From positions 133,672,001-133,736,000 of the forward strand of contig OZ336870.1 of NCBI GenBank assembly GCA_965287045.1: a DNA stretch of 64,000 nucleotides, written 5' to 3'. The first letter of the stretch is position 1. Each line of letters opens with the position of its first letter. A program made the position numbers and the translations under genes. The stretch comes from Carcharhinus amblyrhynchos (taxonomy: Eukaryota). The notes under the pieces were generated by a model. That model made no database searches, was not told the origin of the DNA, and saw nothing but the letters and a program-made list of their open reading frames with translations. Positions 26,031 through 39,064 of the stretch are shown here, one piece after another.

Positions 26031-26683
26031 AAATGTTGTGATTAAATAAATGCTTTCCACTCTGAATTCACATTTTATCCTCACTTACTGTCAGTAGAGA
26101 TCTTAACTATTGTCTACATGCACAAGTTAAAAGTTAGCATTTATTTCAGTGTTTTTCGATGTTAAAAACTAATTAACCTGTTAATATACGGTCCTCGAAT
26201 ATTTCTTCCAAAATAACATTTTGCTTATTTTTCAATAAATTTTAACTTTCAAAAGTCACTGATGCTATCTTTTGCAACATGTTTGGTTTATTTTAACTTA
26301 CCATAACATGGTAGTAGAATTGGAATTTAGTAATTTGCATAACATTGTTAAAAATGTTAAAATCAGTTGTTAGAAATGACAAATTAAAGTTGTACAAAAA
26401 AGGAGCTTCCTGTCCTTCTCAGCACCGGTATGAGATAACACGCCATTATCCCATATTTTCAGTTGAGCAAAGGAAATAATGTTATGTTGACAGGAAGTGC
26501 ATGCCATTCACAAATCATTTAATATCATAGAGATATTATTTATTCTGACCTAGTCTAATTGATGTCAATTAGATTGAAATGGCAACATAGAACTGATACC
26601 CCTGAATAGCAAAATGTTAGAATTTACATGAGGACAAAATTCATTTTGTTTTGGAAAACAAAGTTTCTGTTGCATTTTACCAG

Positions 26684-26813
26684 CTCACAAAACAATACAA
26701 GGCTGATGTTCACCAACACAAAGAGAATTTTAGATCATTCCTCGAGAGAAGCTTTAACCCCCAAGAATCGTCACAACAGAAATGTTCAGAGGCTGGAAAT
26801 GTTGACAGAAAAG
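26684..26813 (+). CDS. Candidate exon (LTKQYKADVH...GNVDRK), phase 0-1
   Basis: Acceptor cattttaccAG, donor AAG|GTAAGA, 130 nt open frame. Confidence 0.55.
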
Positions 26814-28516
26814 GTAAGATATATCTTTGGGGTCCTGTAATTTCATCGATGAAGGAGTTCAGTTTTGTATTCAAATATTACTTTATAATTATTATTAAAA
26901 ATCATTTTACATTTTCATATGCATATTCCAGACATGTGCAAAGCACATCAATGGATGAGCATTATGATTGCTGCTTTGACAACAAACACGGATGTGGGTT
27001 TGGAACTGCACCGCACCACCCAGCGAGTTGCAGTATGCCTCAACTTTTTGAGGACAACTGTGTGAATGAAGTATCACTTTGTTATATAGCCACTTACTTG
27101 AGCCAACTAAAATGTTCCCTTTGGTAACTTTACCACGAGGTGTGATACTGTTTTACTTTGTACTATAGGCTGCAATGTGATGTGATAGTAATGGAGCACT
27201 ATAAATAGACTCAGTAAGAATAAAGGAACAAGCTCAGCTTCCCACTTTTGATCAGCTTGATGACCTGGTGGAAAGTGCGGTTGTGCTGAGGTGGTCTAGA
27301 ATTTCCAGCAGACTTGTACCATTGTTATCACCCATTAGCTAGAATGCACAACAGCAGCTTCAATTTATAGTGCCCTAAAGACCAACTAAGGGCACTTTGC
27401 AAAGAGAGATAATCAAAACGAAGGATACTGGTTTCAGGAGAAAAAAAAATCAAAGTTTTGGGGGGATTTGTGATGACCAAAGTAAGCTGTGTAGACAGTG
27501 AGATTGCATTTGTAGGAGTAGGTTATCCCTGGTTTTTCAGCTGGTTGACAATTAGTGTGCACCAGGTAGCTCTTCCTTGATGTTGATGGGAGACCATCTG
27601 GTATGTTACCATTGGCTACAGACCCTTCATGTGGAATTCCAAAATCAACCTTAATGTTTTTCTCTTGTATTATAACAGAATATGTTTGAAAAAGTCCAAG
27701 TAAATGCATTCCTCAAAAATGGATGAATGAATGAACTGTTTCATATTTAGCTACATTTCTCTGATTTGCTGGAGAGCTGAGAATAGCAATGTTAGATTCT
27801 GGCAGTAAGTTCTTATCCAACTTCATTTGCCATAAGCTAATCCAGTGGGTCAGGTCTTGTCAATTACCAATTAATTTGCAGCATAAAAAATAGTTCTACA
27901 CATCTGCCTGCTGTCAACTGTGGTGATTCCCTGTTTGTGAACTCACACATGCAAAATTTCTGGGTGAGGCAATACGTCACCTGAGGAACCACTTCTGCAG
28001 GGTCTGACAATTTGCCCAAACAATATAAATGCATCTCTTCCTATAGCTTTGAGTGCAGGGATGATGGGTGGATACAAAAAGCCTTAGTTGCTGCCTGCCC
28101 AGCTTGGTATCCCTTCTCCAAAAAGAAAAATACAGGCAGATACTCTTTGAAATACATACTCCAGTGCGATCATTTACATTGTGAAGAAAAGCAATGGCTC
28201 AAGATTTGTTCACATGTATTAGGCCAGCAAAGAGAAAATGATCCTTTAAATGTTTTACCAATATTTACCTAAGTCTCCTTTACCACTGCCCTTCCTGGCT
28301 GCCCCTTTTGATGGACATATATGAGTCAATGATAAGACGTAAGTATTATTGTAGCCTTATTTTAATAATTCAACTTGTAAACTAGTTCAGTCGTCTAAAT
28401 CATTCAGGGAGCTGAGGTATTGCTTTTAGCTGTGCATCTGTAATCCTCAACTTTTTTTTACAGAATTAGCTTCCCAACAGATTTGATTTATTAGGTATAT
28501 TAATCTAAGAACATAA

Positions 28517-28822
28517 GGGGCTGCACAGTGGCACAGTGGTTAGCACTGCTGCCTCACAGTGCCAGGGACCTGTGTTCGATTCATGGTTTGAGTGATTGTC
28601 TGTGTGGAGTTTGCACATTCTCCCTGTGTTTGCGTGGGTTTCCTCCGTGTGCTCCGGTTTCTTCCCACAGTCTGAAAGACATGCTTGTTAGGTGCATTGG
28701 CCATGCTAAATTCTCCTTCAGTGTACCTGAACTTGCACCAGAATGTGGTGACTAGGGGAATTTCACAGTAACTTCTTGCAGTGTTGATGTAAACCTACTT
28801 GTGACAATAATAAATAAAGTTT
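28517..28822 (+). mobile_element. HE1-related SINE with alternative 3' tail
   Basis: Same head/V-domain; tail TTCACAGTAACTTC..CTACTTGTGACAATAATAAATAAA. Confidence 0.92.
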
Positions 28823-28825
28823 AAA

Positions 28826-29795
28826 AAAGAATATATAAAAAAAAAGGAGCAGACCGTAGGACCTGTTGAACCTACTCCAACATTCAATACAGTCATGGCT
28901 GATCTACGGCTTCAACTTCATTTTCTCACCTGTTCCACTTAGTTTTAAATATATTTAACATTGGAGCATCTACAGTCCTCTGTGGTAGAGAATTCCAAAG
29001 ACCTTTTCAGTGAAGAAACATTCCTTCATCTCAGTCCTAAGTGATCAACCCCTTACCCTGTCTCTACCACCCATGTTCTAGATTTCCCAGCCAGAGTTAA
29101 CACCTCTCAGTATCTACCCTGTTAAGCCTCTTTAAAATCTTGTATGTTTCCATGAGAGGACCTCTCATTCTTGTAAATGCCAGATAATAAAGATACAGTT
29201 TACTGAGCCTTTCACCATAGGACAACCCTCTTATCCAGACATCAATCTACTGAACTTTCTCTCTGCTAACGCCCACGATGCATGTATGTCCTTCCTTCGT
29301 TATGGAGATGAAACTATACACAGCATTCCAGCTGACAAAACATGATACAATTTTGGCAAGACTTCTGTACTCTAATAAAGGCCAACATGCCATTTGTCTG
29401 GCTAACTGCTTGCTGTACCCTGCATGCTTTCTGTGTTACTTGTACAAGCACACTCAAGTGCCTCTGAACATCTATGTTAAAAAAACTCATTATTTTTAGA
29501 GTTACAAAGCCACTGTGAGAGTGGACTGGGCAAACCAGAATCCATCTCGTCGTTGCTCCAAGAAGCAAATTCAAACTCAATCCAATTCATGGTCCCCACA
29601 AGAAGGACAAGCTGAAAGAAAAATCCACTTGGGTTTGTTCTGATGCTTGATCTTAGCCAAAAGGCTCTCAACGTCAACATTTAAAGTTTTACAATTTGCG
29701 TTCTAATCTCATGATTTAAGTGAATAGCCTTCCACTTCCCCAAATTATACTCCATCTGCCAGATTGTTGCTCATTCACCTGTGTATATCACATTG
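28826..29795 (-). mobile_element. Old CR1 3' fragment with ~220 bp internal insertion
   Basis: VQRHLSVLVQ..QQAVSQTNGMLAFI and CR1 3' UTR. Confidence 0.85.
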
Positions 29796-29905
29796 CATAT
29801 CTCGATTGTTAACGTAACCAAAAATTATCAATTAATGTTCAAGCATAGCTTGTACCTAATAAATTATTTCAACATTTTAAAAAATATAATATGCATTTTA
29901 TGTAG

Positions 29906-29990
29906 GTGCTCTAACTTTACGTGATGTATTAAGTGCAGCCAATGCCATCAGTACGCAAATTGAACTAACAAGAGTGAAGAGAGCACAGAG
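29906..29990 (+). CDS. Candidate exon (GALTLRDVLSAANAISTQIELTRVKRAQ), phase 1-2
   Basis: Acceptor ttttatgtAG, consensus donor AG|GTAAGT, 85 nt. Confidence 0.55.
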
Positions 29991-30274
29991 GTAAGTGGCA
30001 AAATTTTTTCAACATTTATAGCAACTCCGTGACAAGGTTATGAACAGAAAGGCCCTTTTCTTCACAGTACTGAACCCTTCATAATGCAGTATTTGTTTTT
30101 TCATACTTCAGTGCAACATAAATACATAAGAAATGTGTGCTATATAAAATATGTGTCTTGGATTTTGACCATTTATCAGATTTTAAGATGAAAATGGTTA
30201 AATAAAAATAATTGAAAAAACATCAGATTAGTGATTCATTTCTTTAGCTCAACTGTTCTATTTCTGTTTTTAAG

Positions 30275-30357
30275 CGTATCACCTTCTCAGTCTCGAACTG
30301 TATTAAACGTTAAGACAAAAAGCCCTCCACAAAGTGCTCTACCTCATTCTGCTAAAG
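30275..30357 (+). CDS. Candidate exon (SVSPSQSRTV...PHSAK), phase 2-1
   Basis: Acceptor tatttctgtttttaAG, donor AAG|GTAAGA, 83 nt. Confidence 0.55.
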
Positions 30358-31899
30358 GTAAGAAAAAATATTTTCAGTGTATATAGTCCATTCCCAAAGG
30401 CTGATACAAATAGGAGTGCGGAAGTTGGAACATGGCATAGCTGCAGTTAAAAGATCACAAGACAAATACAGATGAGCGGTTGAACATATTAGCAAAGAAA
30501 GTTGTCCCCACTGTAGCAACCGGTTGTTTGTTAAATGTTTCATTATTCATCCCCATCATACGGCAATCCATGCGTGAAGAACCTCTTGTAATCAATTCTA
30601 AATATGCTTTTGATAAGGTTGAACCTATAGGAGCTTTGTCTTTGCCATACAATCTCTTCCATAAGATCTAGCCTCTCTTTCTGGCTAGCTGCGACGAGGA
30701 AAAAGTCAAATATTGCCATTCTGGTCTCTCTGAAGGGTTTTTGGGAAGCTGTTTTTCTGGGTTTCTTGACTTCAGAGCAACTCCCCCCTTGCCATTGGTG
30801 CTGAACCTAGATCTGCTGGCTTGGGTTTCTCTGCTTTTCTTGCCAGGTGCAGCTGTCTCCCTAACATTTGTCCTAAAGCCACACTAGTGGTGGTTGCTCT
30901 CCCTCCCCCAGGCTGATTAGGGAACTGCCCTATTTTCAATACTCGTTTCCTGAATCCTTTCACTCTCCTATGCCATTAATAGCAAATGTAACTGATTCAC
31001 TTCAAGTATCTCAGAATTGTTAAAGTCAATCAATGTGCATACACCAATTCCATTTCAGATTTGAAGCTCTTTGTCCCATTTTTGTTATTTGCATGGTCAA
31101 CATATCAAACAAAGAATGGACACGCAAATAGTGGGCAGCTACAAGGATAAGCAGGGCTGCTTCACAAAGAAAAAGGAGCAGAATGTGACAGCTTTAGGAA
31201 ATTATTAGGATTGACACTTATCAGCAAAGCTAAACAGTTGACAAACTCATTTAAATAGCTGCACCATTTAGTTTTCCCCCAATTTTCACTTCTGTTTCAA
31301 AATGTGTTATACATTAGTGTACTTGCTCTTTGATGTCTAACCCTATTCATTCTTCACCTGTGAGCCATTTCTTCGAATGTTGATAGTCTCGCCCTTTCAG
31401 TTTGTTCATAGGCAATGCTAGTTTCCAACTAGGATTTCAACTTTCCAGGATTGTCTTTGGATTGTCAGGAATAAACATTAACCTAGACAGTGCTATAAGG
31501 AATTTGGGGAGAAATCATACAAATCATAAAATATTTGTGTACCTTTTTTTGTCTAAAGGCATTGGAAATTGGGGTTGTGGGGGGGGGGGGGGTGGGGCGG
31601 GGGGGCGCAGTTGGCATTAGCAATGGGTTGTTTGACTGCCAAAGAAGCAAAGAACTGGAATAAATTGATACACCAGAATGTACAGAATACATCTGAGGGA
31701 GTTGAGGTTTGAGGGGGAAAGTGGGGGGTGGGGGGGGGGGGGGCACTGATGGTCAGCTAATTTTATGGAGGGATAAATGCAGGGTATCAGCATTTTCTGC
31801 AGTGCAAGTACAGGAGCAAATGCAGGTAAGTGGGAATGGTGTTGAGCAAAGTTTTACACAGGGAAAACCCTGGTGCTGTGTTACAAGAGATTTGGGATT

Positions 31900-32600
31900 T
31901 TCATGGGAAGAGAGCTTCAAGCAAACAGATTGGGGAGCCCCACTGTCCTGAACTTCTGACTCCATAACCTTGCCATAATATCACCATTTGTGGCGCTGCA
32001 TTCAATGGTCTTCTGCTAAAACACTGATCAATCCCTTCTAATTTCACTGTCCCACAGTGTTCTCCTGGCCAATCTCCTACCCTCCACCATCTGTAAAGTT
32101 CAGACTGTCCAGACACTCTTGACTGTATTTCATTTGGCATTGAATCTCACTTCATTATCTCTGTTCTTGCTTACTTACACTTCCAAATCCCCAAGACCTC
32201 AATTTTAAAATTCTAGTCTTCACCTTTTGCTATTGCCAGCCATATAATCCTGCAAGAGTTCTGCATGACTCCAATTCTTAGTACTTGTGCTCCACTATTG
32301 TCCACTGTACCTTTGGCCACTTAGACCACAGGAACATAGAAAATAGGTGCAGGAATAGGCCAGTCGGTGCTTCGGGCTGGCTCCCCCTTTCACTAAGATC
32401 ATGGTTGATCATCCAACTCAGCAAGCTGTTTTTACTTTCCCCTCCACTTTGAAATTCCCAACCTAACTTTTTTCGAATTTCCGAATTAAAATTCATCTCT
32501 TTGGCAAAGCTTTCAGTCACTCTTTCTAATTTCTTCTTCTCAGCTTTGACTTCCATCAAAATTATATTTCTTGGTATGTTTTCCTACATTTAAGGTGTTA
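31900..32600 (+). mobile_element. Degraded L2-like 3' fragment containing a short minus-strand CR1 3' end (32330-32420)
   Basis: ATTATCTCTGTTCTTGCTTACTTACAC..AATTTTAAAATTCT resembles L2 ITPVLADLHW..FKIL. Confidence 0.55.
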
Positions 32601-33772
32601 TGTAAATGAGAGATGTTATGAAACCTACAGATCTTATAGTACACTGCAAAAATCTGTTTTCATTGATCCAGCAACTGAATATGTTAAGTTGTTTAAAATT
32701 GTACATACTTTGAAATGTGGAGGATTTATCTCATTTCCATATTTAATCTTTTTAAAAATTATTACAAATCAAAATGCCACATTAGCATGGACTCTCTCAA
32801 AGAGAAATCTCGCTGAAGTAATAGGCTTACATCGAGGCCCTGCAGAGGTACAACCAATGATGGTGCGAGGCACTAAGATGAGTTGCTGAAGTGACCTTGA
32901 TTCTTCAATATCAGTGTACTTGCTATGTCTTTGACCTGTCAACTTCATCCATGTATTGAGGACAACAATGAATTGCAATGCAATGAGAAATATTAAAAGA
33001 AATAAAAAGATCAAACTTGTTTCATTGCCTTTCTAAGGGTTTTACTAAGTGCTCATCAGATCTTTGGAGCGATGTGACTCATTATTCAAAACATTGTTCC
33101 AGAAATTGTTGGAAGCATGCAGTTCCTGGCATCAGCCATTATTACCATGTAAAAATCCCAGCAACTTACTCCAACAAGAGGTAGGACATGAGTTCCAATT
33201 CATCAGAAATTACTGGAAGATTTGCACTACTCTGCCATTAGGTCTGCCAAAACTAATAGAATTATCATTGCACCATGAGCCTTGCCATTGTGTGTTATGA
33301 CTTTGTTTGATTTGCACTATTAATACACATTAGCCAGGATTATCTGGCCTCTCTGTAGTTTCTTTTTGGTGATGGGAGGCGACATGCCATAGGCCAGCGG
33401 TGGGATCCTCTGGTGCTACCTCTATCAATGGGATTTTCCATTTAGCATGTGGCAGAGATGTGCCATCAGCAGGACCAGAAGATCCCATTGGCATGAAGAG
33501 CCAGAAGATTGTGAATTTCACCATTACCTTTTGAGCTGGTACCCTATATCATAACGACCCTGCTAATGGTTCAATTTCTGGTTCTGATGTCTCATACAAC
33601 TTTGGAAACCCAAAATTAGAACAGTGGATTGTGAAATTTTACTTCCTTTGACGATAACATGTTCCTATTTTTAAAAAAATTATTTACTTTCCTATCACTT
33701 TTTTTATCTCTTTATTTCCTTTCAATTCTAATTTGACCTCATTTCACCCTATTTCCTTCTCTGGCATTACTT

Positions 33773-33945
33773 CATAAGAACATAAGTCTAAGAACAGGAA
33801 TAGGCCATATGGTCTCTCAAGCCTGCTCTGCCGTTCAATAAGATCATGGCTCATCTTTTCATGGACTCAGCTCCACTTACCTGCTACTCACATAACCCTT
33901 AATTCCTTTACTGTTCAAAAATTTATCTATCCTAGCCTTAAAATT
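33773..33945 (-). mobile_element. CR1 3' end
   Basis: CATAAGAACATAAG..TTCAATAAGATCATGGCT. Confidence 0.9.
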
Positions 33946-36900
33946 TCCTTATTCTTAAATTTCTTTACTCTGTTACATACACCATTGAATCTGATCTTCA
34001 CAAGGTTGCAGATGCCTCGACCTCACTGTGGTGTTATTGATTCACTGTGGTGTTATTTCCCAGAACAAAAATAAAACAGTACAAAAATAATAATCCCTGA
34101 AGGGTGATGTAAAAGAAAATCTAACTTATGGCACTTCTTACTTATACCACTCTAACTTGTATCACTCCAGCAATTTCTTGGCTTTTGCTACCATTAATGG
34201 ACAACTCGATCACAATGCATTTTAATGATGAAAACTTTTCAAATAGCTACCATGTGGGACATTTTAAGGAGTATATTTTAAGAAGTATTTGAGAAATAAC
34301 AAACATTTTGATAAAATGCATAACTATGATCTCTTGGGAGTACATTGGATATCATTCTCCTAGTTTTAATGTTATCTACACTCAAAGTTACTGATTAAAT
34401 GTTAGAGCCAATGGAATTATTTAAAAACATGCAGAACTTTTAAGTGTGCTGGCAAACATTCAACCCACACTATAGAAACAGATTAATTGGTCCTTCTTAA
34501 TACAGTTTGTTGGATCTCAAGCACAAACACCGATTATTCACAAAAATAATTGTGACATCATTTCAAAACGTATTTTATTGAATTTGATGCTCTCGGGATG
34601 TCTCTAGAAATAAGGTAAGGTGCTATTCACATGTAAGTTTTTTTTCCATTTCTAACCATCCAGTATCATTTGTAGGATTAATAGGCCAATAAAAGTGAAC
34701 ATTTTTGAGGGGATTTATGTTATTACATTGCAGTTTTTGTTATTCCTGTCATCACAGCAGCATTGAAAATATTTGGAATGATTCTTGTATGATGTAATAA
34801 TGTTTATTGAGGCAGGTTTTCTGTTAAGCTGCAATGCCTACAGGTGTGTCATGGGGCAGGATTTTCTGTTGCCATTTGACTGCATCCCTGAGTTATTTCC
34901 TGGAATCATTATCCTTCCAGGATCAACCCTCTGAGTAAAAGTAACCTTTTACAATGTAACTCTTTTCCCACTGACAGTCCTTATTGAAGCTGAATGCAAG
35001 AAAAACACCAGCATTCTCGATGTCCAGGGTTGTTAAAGCACAGTTGACAAAAACAATCATGTGATGGCTACCCTGTCATTTGCATCATGTGATTGGACGG
35101 CTTTCAAGGAAACATCCAACATTTGCCCATGTCAGATAATGACATTTTATTGGCACTATTGGCTCTGTGTCTCAGCTTTTTTTGGGAATAGGTATGTCTG
35201 CCTCTGTAAGTTTTCTAGCAGATTGATGTTGGTGCGTAGGGCCAGTTGGTGTGCACACACGATCTTACATGGAGCATAACCTACTTGATCATCCACCATT
35301 GATTCTGTTTTTTCAAATATTTCAACTAGGGAAATCCCAAAAAATGGTGCAGTTTCAAAGATGGAAATGTAGTGTAATGGCAGTCTTTCCTGAGCCAGTT
35401 TACTGTTGAGTGCATGCAAATTGTTAATGATTCAGTCAAATCATATGCTCCATTTTTGCCTTTGGCGCTCATAATCAAACCACTAAATTAAACTGATGTC
35501 CTGGTTTGTTTGATTCTTTATTGAAGGCAGAAGAGAATTTTAATGGACTCAATATTACTGTGGGAAACATTTCTTCCTTTCTTTCTGTTTAATATCTGCT
35601 GTTTCTAACTATTTTGCCATCCACATTTGTTCCATTTGTTTCTGGCCCATCATTCTCCCTCCCTTACTATTGTGATTCCTTGATGATAGCTTTGCTTTTT
35701 GGAAAGAAGAGGAACAATACAGGGGTCAAGCTGGTAATGTTGCATTACACGGTCATGGTGTGTACCCTTATATAAGGATATGCAGGCAGAGGCACTAACT
35801 GCATTGCGCCTTTCCTTTTGAAAGAAAGTAGGAGATGTACAGTTCACTTACACCATTCACATTACTTTATTAGTGGCTGTTAAGTTCACCATTGTCCGTC
35901 ATGTGTAACATAAGTTAAACCGATATGCACGGATGTATTAAACAAATCACTGATGCATTGTTCTCCAGAGCTAGCTATTTTGTCAGTGGGAGCAATGAGT
36001 GACCACATGACCAAACATTGCTGTTTTACTGAATGATAGGAATCCTAGATTACACCCATATGCCCTTAAGTGCACATTTTATCAATTATTATTTGCATGT
36101 TAATGGGAAAGGATTACATTCTTACAATGTGCAGCTTATTTGTGTGCAGCAGCACACCACCAACCAACTGAATGCTCACTTCCCTGGCAACTACTCTAAG
36201 GCCTTTAATTTAAAACAGTACGAGAAAGACCTGGCTTTGTGTGTATGCTCAAAAATCAAGATTTTACTCTGCACTCTGTGTATTTTCTTGGGATCTTGTT
36301 TGAATGCTTTAACAACATGACTCATAAGCCAGAGTCATTATTGACTGTGCTATAAGCATGTTGAACCTGCATTTCAGATGTCTGAACTGACGTGAAGAAA
36401 TCCTACTATATACCAGCAAAAGTCTAAAGAATTACTTTGTTGTACTCCATCTAGCATAACTTGACCTTATGCCACACCTCCTTATTAGGGGCTGGTGGAT
36501 GATGGTGCCAAAAGAGCAAGGTTATCAACAAGAAGTTTCCTCTTTAATATATTAAAGATAACCAATTGCCAGCTGCAAGAGACATTCATGACAGTATGAT
36601 ACGGAATATTGCCTCTTGATTATTGTATTGGACTGTTGTTTGAAAAGCCACGTCTACATTTTCCCAATCCCATTGCACGTATGTAATTATATGTCCTTCT
36701 CTGGATGCATCAATTTAATAGTGTCCGATCATCTACTTTGATTAAAAAAACGTGTATACTTGGCCAAGAAGAAAAGTCGAAAACTTCTGAGCAGTGAGCG
36801 ATCACTGCTATACTGGAAGATCTCATCGACTTGATGGTGCTGTGTATCTCTTGTGGGATCTTCTGAGGACATGCACCCTTTTTAACTACACTAGCTGCTG

Positions 36901-37002
36901 TATGGTTAGTTTGAAGATCCAGTCTTTGAATGTGACTGAACGGATGGATGACTGGGTTGGGTGGTGGTCCGATTGTGGGGTAGTGGGGCCTGATCGAGAG
37001 TA

Positions 37003-37555
37003 TTAAGAACATAAGAAATAGGAGCAGGAGTAGGCCATCTAGCCCTTCGAGCCTGCCCCGCCATTCAATAAGATCATGGCTGATCTGAAGTGGCTCAGTT
37101 CCTCTTTCCCACTTTCTCCCCATGACCCTTAATCCCCTTGCCTACCAAAAACCTATCTACCCGCGTCTTAAATATATTTAGCGAGGTAGCCTCCACCACG
37201 TCAATGGGCAGAGAATTCCAGAGATTCACCACCCTTTGAGTGAAGAAGTTCCTCCTCAACTCTGTTCTAAACTGCCCCCCCCCCCCTTATCTTGAGGCTG
37301 TGCCCTCTAGTCCTGCTGTCCTTTCTGAGTGAGAAGAACCTCTCCACCTCTACCCTATCCATCCCTTTCATCATCTTATACGTCTCAATGAGATCCCCCC
37401 TCATCCTTCTAAACTCTAACGAGTACAAGCCCAGTCTATTCAGCCTCTCCTCATAGCTCATCCCCTCAACTTTGGTGTCAGCCTAGTGAACCTCCTCTGC
37501 ACTCCCTCCAAGGCCAAAATATCCTTGCACAAGTACAGCGACTAAAACTGCACAC
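37003..37555 (-). mobile_element. Young 5'-truncated CR1 inserted in EVE copy 2
   Basis: Highly similar to 3984-4548; SYEERLNRLGLYSLEFRRMRGDLIETYK; AGTA repeated at 36999-37002 and 37556-37559. Confidence 0.95.
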
Positions 37556-39064
37556 AGTAGTTTCTGTGCAATTTCTGCATCATTCCATGCAGCAGGATTT
37601 CCACAGGATCTCATTGCGCATCTTCAGTCATACTTCTGGTCTCATATAATCCAGAGACCAAAACATTTGGATCAATGTCCCATACCCAGCAACTTTAATG
37701 CTTTTATAATTTTCATCAAATCCACATTATTTTTGGGTACCTGGCATTTTTTAACTTTGTGTTTCCCCTTCGTGGCAATATGTGACATATATGCACTTAA
37801 ATTTAACCTTGTGCTTTTCCTATGTGCTGCCTGAGTTGTAGGGGTCAATCAGATAGGTGGTAGAATTCTGAATTTTTGGGAACTCAGCAGCAGCAGGGAA
37901 CTGAGATGAGCCTGTCAAAAGTTTGTGCGTTGCAAGTCCAGCGTGCCTTGGTTCCATGTATGGACCTTAGGTGGTGTTGGTCGGACACCCTGAATATTTT
38001 GTTAATCCTGAAAGAAAGATAGCAACACCATGCTTACCTGTTTCTGTCATGCCTCGGTTGTGGACGTTCTTTAATATACATTAATCTATAAGGAAACAGA
38101 GCAGACGATAACAATAAGATCTGTGAGCCAATTTGAGAAAATTTTCTGTATCCCAATTGTTTGGAGGTTTGAAGAATTGGCTCTTTTCTAATTTGATACT
38201 CAAAATTCTATGGCGCCTGACCATCTATGAAGAAAACACATAATGCTGTAATGCCTTGTAGTGTGAAGGCCTCCACTGCAGATGTGTTGGTAGCTGTTTT
38301 GTCCTCTGGAATGAACTCTAGCTTGGCACTGCAAATAAATTTTTTGGGTAATGGACAGTAACTACTTATGAACCATTACCTTCAATACATTGTTTGGTAT
38401 AGTACCCAGTCTTGGCACATTGATTTGAAGCGTGGCACTTATTCTTTTATATGAAGTATCTTTGAGAGTTGAAATCCAAGATTATTTAGCAAAAGGGCAA
38501 TTTATTCTGACTTTCAGCAACATATCCTACCCAAAAGTTTTGATGTCATTTTTGTGTTCAAATGCACTCAAAAATAGTCATCATTATAATAAATTAACAT
38601 ACCTTTATCAAAAGCTGGAAGTAACCCATCACATCAAAAAATCCATCCACGGTGCCGTAATGGCAGAACAACATGAAGCACAACTGGTCTCTGAAGGCAT
38701 GCAGCTGGCGAGTAGACTCCCAGGGGGTTCAGGTGAATGCAGAGCTCGGAGGAGAGGGTCATGCCCAGGCAGTACTGTGGTGCCAGCTTGATGCAATAGT
38801 AGTGCCAGGGATGCAGCGTGGTGAACTGGTTTGCTTTCTGTGCGCTGTACTTAAAAATGGTGCTGCAGATCATTGAGTGTCTAAGTTGACGGCAAGGTGT
38901 TTGACTCAGAGGCCACCTGCCAGTGAAATATTGTGGGACCCGTGACTTTAATTTTTTTTTCCCAAAAATGCTGCACTATATGGAGGAGAAAGCCACCATT
39001 GCTATTGGTGACTTCAATTACGTTTTTCTTGCTCAAGGTTGGCCTTTGCCGATATCAGGAAAAA

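Larger units (their letters stand above)
8510..30720 (-). pseudogene. Endogenous viral element copy 1: decayed near-full-length Mononegavirales-like L polymerase gene, interrupted by many TEs
   Basis: Collinear minus-strand motifs with stops/frameshifts: HLYLSCDLL (~30470); ELL*MLKKFCHLP (~30020-29990, cf. CR I GHP); CWP (~28225); EHEM/NGRAPDKM (~25060-25030, pre-motif A GRxFxKM); IETYKW/SFNFR (~24840-24800, motif A); LHDWQH (~24715); GRHIEDV/FRAWK (~24460-24420, motif B); TGCKVQDLKFS.NV (~24345-24307, decayed GDN); DTKYSPETLSSALVCCSTT (~24075-24020); FAGITG (~19910); SLHRD (HR at 17462-17457); RRLAIGCSLY (~14720-14698); ALFCDTE (D at 10781-10779); C-terminal SLQKL..GSPRC (~8630-8515) matching copy 2. 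Confidence 0.75.
32770..39060 (-). pseudogene. Endogenous viral element copy 2: C-terminal half of a Mononegavirales-like L gene (CR IV, PRNTase capping domain, connector, methyltransferase, C-terminus)
   Basis: Strong third-position GC bias at 38916-38603; LNPWESTRQLHAFRD..YGTVDGF (~38735-38640, cf. VSV INPLFPRFLSEFK..LGVADGL); TLQGITALC (~38255, cf. Ebola PLIGATLPC); IDPYNSGST*EK (~37850-37815); LYETRS..KLHRNY (HR at 37568-37563); VDEIFQ (36830-36813); ISLYK (~35775); IVREGE* (~35665); TTLDIE (~35025); SYIVKGY (~34955); TWMKLTG (~32954-32934, cf. paramyxoviral C-terminal KxxG). Confidence 0.8.

Noticed and set aside
31578-31743. Long G runs (also 44022-44052; C runs 21213-21238) as G-quadruplex elements
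   Set aside because: Simple homopolymers common in these repeats and prone to length errors; no independent evidence of function.
34978-35034. Extra plus-strand exon candidates (also 53230-53269 and 63010-63086)
   Set aside because: Weak donors, phase mismatch or overlap with a repeat end; not needed for the exon chain.
37550-37562. Young CR1 copies at 3984 and 37003 lose similarity at almost the same point
   Set aside because: The first copy continues beyond an unrecognisable segment, so it is not a shared truncation; probably coincidence.
38603-38916. Apparent nested pseudo-exon with a fibronectin type III-like pattern
   Set aside because: The reading frame continues past both putative splice sites and fits L conserved region IV in context.
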